64,000 bases of DNA, from positions 64,001 to 128,000 of the forward strand of contig CAWGED010000014.1 of NCBI GenBank assembly GCA_963821525.1, in the 5' to 3' direction. How positions within the stretch are numbered: the stretch's first letter is position 1; the number at the start of each line of letters is the position of its first letter. Positions 50,246 to 58,134 of the stretch are shown here, one piece after another. The notes under the pieces are model-generated. The model saw nothing but the letters and a program-made list of their open reading frames with translations. It was not told where the DNA came from and ran no database searches. A program made the position numbers and the translations under genes. The stretch is from an uncultured Gemmatimonadales bacterium (GTDB taxonomy: Bacteria > Gemmatimonadota > Gemmatimonadetes > Gemmatimonadales > GWC2-71-9).

Positions 50246-50779
50246 CTACCTGAGGAGAGCTTCGCGATGCAGCCGGAACAGCAGGAACGCCATCCCGTCA
50301 TAATCCACGATGCCCTCCGAGGTCATCCCGACCTTCTCCAGTACATGCTGGGATCCCCGATTCTGCGGAGTGGTGAGCGCGACCAGCGACCCGAGCCGTA
50401 GCTCCTCGAACCCGATGGCGACGCATTTCCGCGCTACCTCGGTGCCGAGACCCCGACCCCAGAAATCCGGGAGAAACCCGTATCCGATCTCGACCTCGTC
50501 GCGTCCTTCGATCTGGAGATGGCGGACACAGGCTCGCCCGGCGATCACGTCGGAGGCACCGTCGCGCAAGATCCAGAGTCCGAATCCGTAAGTGGCCCAA
50601 TGCGCCAGGTTGCGCTCCAGGTAGGCTTGAGTCCCCGCCTCGTCTCGCGGTCCGCCGAGGTGGCCCATCATCACCGGATCCTGGTCCATCAATCGCAGGT
50701 CCGGCCAGTGATCGCGCAAGAGTCGTTCGGCCCGGAGGCGGGTCGTAGAGAACCGTTCGAGGTTCATCGGCCGATCCAC
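50246..50779 (-). CDS. GNAT acetyltransferase (RimJ/RimL type)
   Basis: EIGYGF, WGRGLGTE, NRGSQHVLEKVGM. Confidence 0.88.
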   Translation of the reverse strand: MDRPMNLERFSTTRLRAERLLRDHWPDLRLMDQDPVMMGHLGGPRDEAGTQAYLERNLAHWATYGFGLWILRDGASDVIAGRACVRHLQIEGRDEVEIGYGFLPDFWGRGLGTEVARKCVAIGFEELRLGSLVALTTPQNRGSQHVLEKVGMTSEGIVDYDGMAFLLFRLHREALLR

Positions 50780-50787
50780 AAAGCCTG

Positions 50788-51243
50788 CTAGATGAGTCGA
50801 AGGATCAAATCGAGCTGAACGGCGGCACCGAACGGAAGCTGATTGACCCCGGTCGCGGTCCGGGCGTGCCGTCCCGCCGGGCCCAGGAGCTCGACCAGGA
50901 GGTCTGATGCGCCGTCGATGACTTCCGGCTGGGCGATGAAGGTTGGTGCCGAGCGTACGAAGCCGTGCAGGCGTTCCACCGAGACGATGCGGTCGAGGTC
51001 ACCGATGTCCTGCTTGATGATAGCCAGAAGATCGAGCATCACGTCCCGTGCGGCGAGCTTCGCCCTCGCGATATCGACCTCGCCGCCCACCTCCCCCCGC
51101 AAAGCACTGACTTTGCCGGAAACGAAGAGCAGGTCACCCGAGCGCTTGGTGCCGAGGTAATTGGCCACCGGCCGCTTCGGCGCGGGCAGTGTCAGGCCCA
51201 GCTCGTTCAGCCGAGCCTCCACTCGGCCGCCGCTAGAACTCAT
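50788..51243 (-). CDS. RidA family protein
   Basis: ANY, IDGASDLL, GRHARTATG. Confidence 0.85.
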   Translation of the reverse strand: MSSSGGRVEARLNELGLTLPAPKRPVANYLGTKRSGDLLFVSGKVSALRGEVGGEVDIARAKLAARDVMLDLLAIIKQDIGDLDRIVSVERLHGFVRSAPTFIAQPEVIDGASDLLVELLGPAGRHARTATGVNQLPFGAAVQLDLILRLI

Positions 51244-51314
51244 GCATCAAGGCAGGGAGATAGTTCCGTCTCGAGGGTCGACGCGGACTGCGGCCAACAA
51301 GAACACCAGGCCAA

Positions 51315-51542
51315 TCAGCCCAGACCCTCGACCGAAGAATCCCGGATCCGGCCGTCGATGATGCGGCGCCCGTGATTGCAGCACCCGGTGATGGCGGCCG
51401 CTTCCGTGGCGTAGGTGAGGGGCCCCGTGAAGACCCTCAATCCAGACGAGCCGCAGATGGACAGGTCGAGCGTCCATCGCCCCGAGCCGCGGATCTGAAA
51501 CGTCCGGGGCGTAATGGTAAAGCCCTTGTACCATACGGGCAC
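51315..51542 (-). CDS. small hypothetical protein
   Basis: YKGFTI...GRRIIDG, co-oriented ORF. Confidence 0.55.
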   Translation of the reverse strand: MPVWYKGFTITPRTFQIRGSGRWTLDLSICGSSGLRVFTGPLTYATEAAAITGCCNHGRRIIDGRIRDSSVEGLG

Positions 51543-51555
51543 AAAAGTCAGGTCC

Positions 51556-51915
51556 CTAGAATGCCGGTAGCACGGGAGGCAGCTGATAGACGTACTTTTC
51601 GGTGCGCTTGAGTCCGTTCAGGCGCCCCTCCTTGGTCAGCCGATCCTGGGCGAAGAACAGCACGGCCCTGACTTTATTCCCGTGGGCCAGGATCTCTTCC
51701 TCGGTACAACCGGATCCGGAAACGAGCGCCTCCAGCAACTTCGCGTAGCGGTTGCTGTTCTTGATCGCGAGGTCGGGTCCCGAGATCACATAGCAGAGAC
51801 GGTCGAACGAACTCTCCCACTGCACGTCGAGCATCCCGCAAGAGGGGGCGGCGCCGGTGGCGGGAGGAAATGCGGTCGCGCGCTTTCGCTTCTGTTCCTG
51901 GATCGTGGCTGTCAT
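51556..51915 (-). CDS. hypothetical protein
   Basis: RBS-like AGGGA and GC3-rich codons. Confidence 0.6.
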   Translation of the reverse strand: MTATIQEQKRKRATAFPPATGAAPSCGMLDVQWESSFDRLCYVISGPDLAIKNSNRYAKLLEALVSGSGCTEEEILAHGNKVRAVLFFAQDRLTKEGRLNGLKRTEKYVYQLPPVLPAF

Positions 51916-52278
51916 CGTTGTCCCTGCACGGATGGCCCGGCGAAAGGGGAAAAGTGGGGGTCCCGGGCGCCTCAGAGAAATCTAACCTGCCGCCCGCCTC
52001 GCATTCAGGGTTCCGTTTGAGGTTGTCGGTTGCGAACCAGGGTAGACCAGGTTATCATTAGGGGCGATCGATGCGCCAGTTGCGCGGACAAGTTCCGAGT
52101 AGACGTAAGGGGCCCAGACTTGCTGAGGCCCCTTTTCTCTTGCGATGGTCGCACACAGCGGCTGGGGGAGTCCCCATCGTTGCGGGAACACCCCCTCTCG
52201 TGAGGGTCTGTCACGAGGAATGGAGTCGATGCTCGCGGTCAAAGCGAGACACCGACTCGAATACCAAGGAGTTAGTAC

Positions 52279-52497
52279 ATGCGTACCACTGGAACGGTCA
52301 AATGGTTTAACGATGCCAAGGGCTTCGGTTTCATCACGCCGGAAGGCGGCGCCAAGGACTGCTTCGTGCATCATTCCGCCATCACCGGGGAGGGATTCAA
52401 GTCTCTCGCCGAGGGTGACCGGGTGGAGTTCGACGTGGTTCAGGGCCCCAAGGGTCCGGCGGCGGAGAAGGTGAGCCGGATCGGCGCGGCAAGCTAA
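52279..52497 (+). CDS. cold-shock protein (CspA family)
   Basis: [33 protein letters not shown]; long structured upstream region. Confidence 0.95.
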   Translation: MRTTGTVKWFNDAKGFGFITPEGGAKDCFVHHSAITGEGFKSLAEGDRVEFDVVQGPKGPAAEKVSRIGAAS

Positions 52498-52523
52498 GAG
52501 CCAGGACCGCAGGATTTCCAGTT

Positions 52524-52940
52524 TCAGCCGGTCCGACTTCGGTCGGGCCGGCTGAGTCTTTTTGAGGGCCTCGCGCGTCTCGAACCCGATCGGGTGGGAT
52601 TCTTCACGCGCGACTCGGGAACCCGGGCTCGGGGCCAGCCGCGGGTGGTCAGATCGACGGTTCCCTGTTGGGAAAATCGGACGCCTTCGCTCTCGAGCCT
52701 GAGTCGCTGAGTAATTCCCGTCCCGCCCGGAATGCTGATGCTCCCGCGCGCGTTGATCACCCGATGCCAGGGCACCGCGGTACCATCCGGCAGTGCCGCC
52801 ATCGCATAGCCAACCTGTCGAGCACCGCAGCCTACCAGCTCCGCTATCCTGCCGTAGGTGGAGACCCGACCCTTGGGGATACGGCGGATTACGGCGTAGA
52901 TGCGGCTATAGAGCCGGACCCCGTCACTCGACTGCTTCAC
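52524..52940 (-). CDS. alkyltransferase-like protein (ATL, MGMT family)
   Basis: IPKGRVSTYG, ARQVG, PWHRV (Trp in place of the catalytic Cys). Confidence 0.88.
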   Translation of the reverse strand: MKQSSDGVRLYSRIYAVIRRIPKGRVSTYGRIAELVGCGARQVGYAMAALPDGTAVPWHRVINARGSISIPGGTGITQRLRLESEGVRFSQQGTVDLTTRGWPRARVPESRVKNPTRSGSRRARPSKRLSRPDRSRTG

Positions 52941-53359
52941 GGCAAGAGCTTCCCGTAGCGCCGTCCGGTCCATTCCCACCCCAGCCGCTCGTAGAACGCG
53001 TGGGCTCCACTGCGATGATTCGCCGTCGCGACCACGATCCGGGGGCACCCATGCTTCCGGGCGTAGTCCTCCGCAACCTCCAGGAGCTCGCGGCCCACGC
53101 CTTTGCCTCTTATCTCCTCGGCAACGACAAGGGTCGAGACATAAGCAGTGTCTTCCGAGCGAGTGAGCCCGGGTCCTACCTGCACCGAAATCAGCCCACC
53201 AACCTCACCAGCGACCACGGAGACGAAGACCTCACCGCGCCCTTCGCTGCGTATACGGCGGAGCCGTTCGGGAACCTCCGCGGCTGTGGTGGGATAGCCG
53301 AGTTGGTCGAGCAACTCGGCGATGACTGCGGCATCGGCAGGTTCGGCGGTGCGGATCAT
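52937..53359 (-). CDS. GNAT acetyltransferase
   Basis: QLGYP, RGKGVG, AHAFYERLG. Confidence 0.88.
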   Translation of the reverse strand: MIRTAEPADAAVIAELLDQLGYPTTAAEVPERLRRIRSEGRGEVFVSVVAGEVGGLISVQVGPGLTRSEDTAYVSTLVVAEEIRGKGVGRELLEVAEDYARKHGCPRIVVATANHRSGAHAFYERLGWEWTGRRYGKLLP

Positions 53360-53441
53360 TGTCGCTTGGCAGTAGTGGCTCGGGCTTCACTGCCAAGATA
53401 GACGGGATTATCTCGGAGGGGACCCCTTCCACCGGTGATGT

Positions 53442-53545
53442 GAGATTTCAGATTTAAGATGTCAGATTGAAAATCGAACGTTGCCAATTGAAAATCTGCA
53501 GTTCGAAATCTGCGATCTGAAATCTTAAATCTGAAATCCCCTATC
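53442..53545. repeat. heptamer inverted element (GATTTCA family)
   Basis: GATTTCA GATTTAA GATGTCA GATTGAA ... TGAAATC TTAAATC TGAAATC CCCTATC. Confidence 0.85.
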
Positions 53546-53550
53546 GGCCC

Positions 53551-54753
53551 CTACTGAATCGGTGTCGCGACGAAGACCAGCGTCTTGCGGGAGCTTTTCT
53601 CGAAGACCCTTCCAGTGATCTGTCCGGCCTCATTGATGTCCTGAGCGGAAACCAGACTGTCGGCGAAACCCGGCGCGACCAGATCGTTCAACTTCATCAG
53701 TTTCCCCTGCTGCCATAGGAAGGCGCGGTTTACGCCCGCTGCACTGGTGGAGAAACCCACGACCTGTCCTCGAGAGTTGATTCCCAGCGCCTGGCTCGTG
53801 GCATCTCCCGGAAGCGTCTTGAGATCGCTGATCCCGCCTGATTTGGTCCAGATGAAGGCATGGGCGATGAAGATCCCACCGGCGTCGCCCGGGGGGTTGG
53901 AGAACCCGACGATGTCGCCCTTAAGATTGATCGCCATGGGCGTGTGCCAGCTGGTGCCGCCGAGGTTTGCTATCTCCGTCACCGTCCCGTGATCCCAGAG
54001 CACGGCATGGCGGGCGCTGAATCGTCCCACGGCCACGTCGCAGTCTCCGGAAATTCCGACGGCCTGGCCCATTTCGTTGATGGCGGTCGCCGCGGAAGTC
54101 GAGTCACCGTGGAGCGGGGGGAGCTCAGTCATGGTGCCCAACTGGGTGTCCCAGAGGCTGGCACGGAACTGAAGGACCTGGGGAGTGTTGCAGGTGGGAT
54201 CGTGAATCGTTGTCTCAGCCCAGCCGACGACCTGCCCGCGCCCGTTGATTCCGGTCGCGAACCCCTGGTTACCGCCGAAGGTTGGTAGGGGGGTCATCTG
54301 ATCGGCTTTCCATACGAAGCCGCGGCAGATGTGCCCCGTGAGGCTGGGGAAGAACGCGGTGCAACTCCACGCTTCCCCCAGCGGATCGAGATCTGCGGTC
54401 TCCGCGATGCCTACTACCAGGCCCTGATTGTTGATCCCGGGCCAGACCACACTGCTGTTGCACTCAGGGCAGTTGGCCCCGCCGAGAGTGCCAAGATCGA
54501 CAATCGAGCCATCGCGAAAGAGCGCCGCATGCCGGGTCAGATTGCCGGCGAGGTTGGAGAAGCCCGCAACTACCCCGTCGTTGTTGATGGCGGTGCCTCG
54601 GTTCACCGTCCCGCCGAGTGAGTTTGGAAGTTTGGTGATCGTGTATTGCAGGGTTGCCTGGTTGACCGACGCCTCGGGTGGTTGGGTGACCTGAGGTCCA
54701 CTCTCACAGCCAGCGACGGCGGCGATCAGGGGGAGGTAGCAGACGGGTCGCAT
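53551..54753 (-). CDS. HAF-repeat extracellular lipoprotein
   Basis: Lipobox VAGC; repeated A.xIN..G.VVG, HAxLW/HAF and DLGTLGG units; GGAGG RBS. Confidence 0.85.
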   Translation of the reverse strand: MRPVCYLPLIAAVAGCESGPQVTQPPEASVNQATLQYTITKLPNSLGGTVNRGTAINNDGVVAGFSNLAGNLTRHAALFRDGSIVDLGTLGGANCPECNSSVVWPGINNQGLVVGIAETADLDPLGEAWSCTAFFPSLTGHICRGFVWKADQMTPLPTFGGNQGFATGINGRGQVVGWAETTIHDPTCNTPQVLQFRASLWDTQLGTMTELPPLHGDSTSAATAINEMGQAVGISGDCDVAVGRFSARHAVLWDHGTVTEIANLGGTSWHTPMAINLKGDIVGFSNPPGDAGGIFIAHAFIWTKSGGISDLKTLPGDATSQALGINSRGQVVGFSTSAAGVNRAFLWQQGKLMKLNDLVAPGFADSLVSAQDINEAGQITGRVFEKSSRKTLVFVATPIQ

Positions 54754-54819
54754 TGCGGTCCTCCGGTGTGGGGAGAGATGAAGCGCACCGAGCATCGTGA
54801 TCTGCTTCGGTGCTCCCAC

Positions 54820-54869
54820 ACCATAAGACCGGAATTATCGAGTAGCGCGCCGCAATCGGACCTGCAATC
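54820..54869 (-). promoter_or_regulatory. operator-like box copy 1 plus -10 (HAF gene)
   Basis: Sense GATTGCAGGTCCGATT-N28-TATGGT. Confidence 0.65.
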
Positions 54870-54922
54870 GGGTCGCAGGCAACTCGCCAAAGTCGGACTT
54901 GGAATTCGTCGGCAAGATTCTG

Positions 54923-55057
54923 GAAATGTCAGATTTAAGATTTAAGATTGCAGATTTGAACAAGGGAATTTCAATTTGCAAATCTGAAACCTGAAATCTC
55001 AGATCTGAAATCTCCAGAAATCTTCAATCTTAAATCATCAATCTGAAATCCCCTATC
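54923..55057. repeat. heptamer inverted element (GATTTAA / TGAAATC)
   Basis: About 5 left and about 10 right units, ending AATCTGAAATCCCCTATC at the Ada-AlkA stop. Confidence 0.85.
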
Positions 55058-56576
55058 AGCTTTCCTGTTGGCTCAGCCAAAGGTGGATGGCCGCGTAGGC
55101 CCGCCAGGGCCGCCATTGCTCGGCGCGGGCCAGGAGAAGGCGTGGGCTGGCGACTCCGGCCGCTCGCTGCAGCGCGCGGTCCGAGGCGGGAAAGGCGTCG
55201 GGCCAGCCCAGCGCGTGCATCACGATAGTCGTGGCGAGCCGGTCTCCGACGCCGTGGACCTGCAGCAGAGCATCGTGGGTTCCTGCGAGAGGACTGTGGG
55301 GGGCGAGATTCAACGACCCATCTTCAACTGCTCGAGCGACCGAAGCGAGAGCCGCGGCCTTGGGTTGAGGCACACCTAAGGCAACGAGGCCGCTAACTCC
55401 CGCCTCGGCGACTCGAGCCGAACTCGGCGAAAGGAGGGTGAGTTCCGGGTCGCCGGTCGGGAAGGATTCGCCTAGCTCCGCAACGACGCGGTGGATGAGG
55501 GCGGATGCCTTCGCCGAGCGGGCAGCTCCACGAAGGATGGTGCGCAGCGCGACCTCGAATCCTTCCAGCGCGCCAGGGAGGCGAACTCCCGGGTGACGAC
55601 TCACCAGCGGGCCCAGTCCTCCCTGGGCGAGGTGCGCGTCGATCACTGTTGGCTCGGAATCGAGGTCGAACAAATGGCGCAGCCGGGCCAACAGCGGCAT
55701 GAGCACAGGAACCAGCGCCGGTGAGATGTCGATGGTGAGATGGAATCGCGAATCGCGGCGGGAATCCCCGTTCTCTGTACCATTCCCCACGAAGACCACT
55801 CCACGCCGGCCATCCAGCTCCACCGTGCGGCCGTAGAGCCCGTCTCGCATCACCTCCATGCCCGGCACCGCTTCGCTGGCGATCGTTCTCAGCAGGACAT
55901 CCCACTCCAGCGGCGGGCGGTAGGCCAGAGTCAGCCGGACCAGATCATGGGCCGGGGCCGCGGCATCGGCTTCACGCGCGGGCTTGCTCGAATTTGGCCG
56001 CCGGCGCAGCGAGCTCGGACTCAGCCGGTATCGCTCTCGGAAGACCGAGTTGAATCGGCGCAGGCTCTGGAAGCCGGCGGCAAAGGCGATGCGGGTTACC
56101 GGGAGCGACGTGTCGGCGAGGAGGCGCTTGGCGAGCAGCAAGCGGTGAGTCTGGGCCAGTTCGACCGGGGATACGCCGATCTCCCGCTCCAGCGCGCGAC
56201 GCAGGTGGCGCTCGCTGACGCCGAGCTCGCTTGCCAGCGAGGCGACATCGTGTCCGTTCAGGGCGCCGGCCTCGATGCGGTACGCCGCCACTCGAGCCAG
56301 CCGGGGCACGGCATCCATCAGGGCCCGCCCCGGCGCCAGCTCCGGCCGGCACCGGAGGCAAGGGCGAAAGCCAGCCCGCTCCGCCGACGCAGCGGTTTCG
56401 AAGAACCGCCGGTGATCGTGATACGACACCCGAGCCGGACAGACTGGCCGGCAATACACCTTGGTCGTGATGATGCCGACGTAGAAGATCCCATCGAACC
56501 GCGGGTCGCGGGCGCCAAGTGCGCGCTCCCACGCGTCAGTAGTGGGCATCCTCGCCTGGGGGATCGGGCTGCTCAT
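55056..56576 (-). CDS. alkA: Ada-AlkA fusion (Ada Zn domain, AraC HTH, 3-methyladenine glycosylase)
   Basis: YCRPVC, FRPCLRCRP, AGFQSLRRFN, HLFDLD, GVG HhH, WRPWRAYA. Confidence 0.9.
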   Translation of the reverse strand: MSSPIPQARMPTTDAWERALGARDPRFDGIFYVGIITTKVYCRPVCPARVSYHDHRRFFETAASAERAGFRPCLRCRPELAPGRALMDAVPRLARVAAYRIEAGALNGHDVASLASELGVSERHLRRALEREIGVSPVELAQTHRLLLAKRLLADTSLPVTRIAFAAGFQSLRRFNSVFRERYRLSPSSLRRRPNSSKPAREADAAAPAHDLVRLTLAYRPPLEWDVLLRTIASEAVPGMEVMRDGLYGRTVELDGRRGVVFVGNGTENGDSRRDSRFHLTIDISPALVPVLMPLLARLRHLFDLDSEPTVIDAHLAQGGLGPLVSRHPGVRLPGALEGFEVALRTILRGAARSAKASALIHRVVAELGESFPTGDPELTLLSPSSARVAEAGVSGLVALGVPQPKAAALASVARAVEDGSLNLAPHSPLAGTHDALLQVHGVGDRLATTIVMHALGWPDAFPASDRALQRAAGVASPRLLLARAEQWRPWRAYAAIHLWLSQQES

Positions 56577-56582
56577 GTTGCC

Positions 56583-56633
56583 AATTTAGCTGTCGGAACG
56601 GGCTCCGGGCTCGCCGGAATCGGACCTGCAATC
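56583..56633 (-). promoter_or_regulatory. operator-like box copy 2 plus -10 (Ada-AlkA, probably leaderless)
   Basis: Sense GATTGCAGGTCCGATT-N29-TAAATT-N6-ATG. Confidence 0.65.
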
Positions 56634-56672
56634 GAGGGGACTCCCGAGCATCTCTCGGCTTCACAGGTTCGG

Positions 56673-56722
56673 GATTGCAGGTCCGATTCCGGCCAGCGTC
56701 GTGGCCCCTGAAGTCGTACGAT
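56673..56722 (+). promoter_or_regulatory. operator-like box copy 3 plus -10 (DUF4440 gene)
   Basis: GATTGCAGGTCCGATT-N28-TACGAT. Confidence 0.65.
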
Positions 56723-56753
56723 GAGACAGTTCCCGACTCCCAAGGACCTGACG

Positions 56754-57194
56754 ATGCGAATCAATTCACTCTTCCCGCGGGCCAGGCAGGTCGAATCCCG
56801 TCCTCCCGTCCAACCTCTACCCGGCGAGATCCCTTCCGAGCTTCGGTCGTTGAATCAGGAGTATATCGACGCCGCACGCACCAATGACACTTCCTGGTTT
56901 CAAGAGTACCTGGCGGACGATGCTGTGATCGTCCTGGGGAATGCCCGCCGATACCGGAAGCCGCAGTTCCTGGCACTGCTGAATGATGAGCCGATCCGGT
57001 TCAGCTCGCTCGTTACGCGGGATGTCACCGTGCGGGTCTTCGGGGGAACGGTTCAGGTTGATGGCGATGCGATCTGGGAGCTGACCGACGGTTATCAGGG
57101 GATTTCACGTTACATCGATACTTACATCTGGCGGGACGGAAGGTGGCAGGTGATCTCCGCGCAGATCACCCTGCTGCCCCAAAGGGCCGACTGA
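56754..57194 (+). CDS. NTF2-like (DUF4440) protein
   Basis: YLADD, VTVRVFG, RYIDTYIWRDGRWQVISAQIT; AAGGA RBS. Confidence 0.82.
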   Translation: MRINSLFPRARQVESRPPVQPLPGEIPSELRSLNQEYIDAARTNDTSWFQEYLADDAVIVLGNARRYRKPQFLALLNDEPIRFSSLVTRDVTVRVFGGTVQVDGDAIWELTDGYQGISRYIDTYIWRDGRWQVISAQITLLPQRAD

Positions 57195-57657
57195 ACACGG
57201 CGGACGACTTGGCGGGCGGACAAGTCCTCCTGAAGTAGGCATCCGCGTCGCACTTCTCACCGGCGGGAAGCACACACGTTCCGGTCTCCACCGCCGTGTT
57301 GCTCTCACCCGTCTGCGAGTATTGGCCGCCGGTGATCCCGCAGAAACGAGCGGCCGGGGTCACGTAGCCCGTCACCTTGATCCCGCCGACGGGGCAGTGG
57401 CCACGAAGCATGGCCCACTCCTCACACTGATGATTTTCGGGGAAGCTGCAGACCCCGAATTGCCCGCCGCTCGGATCCTGTTCGATAGCGAGAGTGCCTC
57501 CCTTATCGACGCAGTTCTTGGAGGCCGGATTGGCGAGCCGCACACCGGCTGTGTCCGATGCAGGTTTATCTGCGGTATCCGGCCTTCTCCCGCAGCCTGC
57601 CAGCACCGCGGTGGCGAGGACAAGCTGCACGGCAATCCGCGCTCGATGTCGCTTCAC
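57166..57657 (-). CDS. DUF333 (putative hemolysin) lipoprotein
   Basis: Lipobox LAGC; LANPASKNCVDKGG, CEEWAM, second Cys repeat. Confidence 0.8.
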   Translation of the reverse strand: MKRHRARIAVQLVLATAVLAGCGRRPDTADKPASDTAGVRLANPASKNCVDKGGTLAIEQDPSGGQFGVCSFPENHQCEEWAMLRGHCPVGGIKVTGYVTPAARFCGITGGQYSQTGESNTAVETGTCVLPAGEKCDADAYFRRTCPPAKSSAVFSRPFGAAG

Positions 57658-57658
57658 C

Positions 57659-58037
57659 TCACTTCTCACGGTTCCGCACTTGGTTACGCTCGGGATTCGC
57701 CAGCAGGCGCTCGGTGAAGTCCATCCGCTCGTGCAGCTCGGCCACTTCGGCGCGAAGGGCCTCGAGCTCCTGGAGGACCTCCTCAGAGAGCGACGCGTGT
57801 TGTTCGGGCTCGAACTCCCAGTTTGCCACGAGGCGACCCTCGGCGTCCCGGAAGCCACCCGCTGCTACGACGATGACATCGTACAGATACCAGATGCCCA
57901 GCTCCACCGAGCGTCGCCGCCATGAGAATGCCGGACTTGGTGCGGCCGGTATAGAACCGGTGCGCTCCGAAGGGGCCGAGGAGACTGGCAAGCAGGAGCG
58001 TGACGAGGCGAGACTTGTCAGAGTATTCCGAGCTCAT
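57659..58037 (-). CDS. TM2-domain protein with C-terminal ERMDFTER coiled coil; frameshift near 57905
   Basis: KSRLVTLLL, GAHRFYTG, GIWYLYD, FRDAEG, ERMDFTERLL. Confidence 0.8.
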
Positions 58038-58134
58038 GGCCTAAGAAAATGCCGCGGGCCGAGGCCCGCGGCTAGTCGTACCGGAACTCATGCTCCGGCA
58101 GACGCTGGGCGCCTGCCGGAGTTGAGCTGCGTTG

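Noticed and set aside
52524..52940. Active O6-methylguanine methyltransferase (ogt)
   Set aside because: The active-site motif is PWHRV rather than PCHRV, so it is an ATL protein
978..55057. Repeat arrays as CRISPR
   Set aside because: Units are 7-nt tandem repeats without unique spacers, and there are no cas genes
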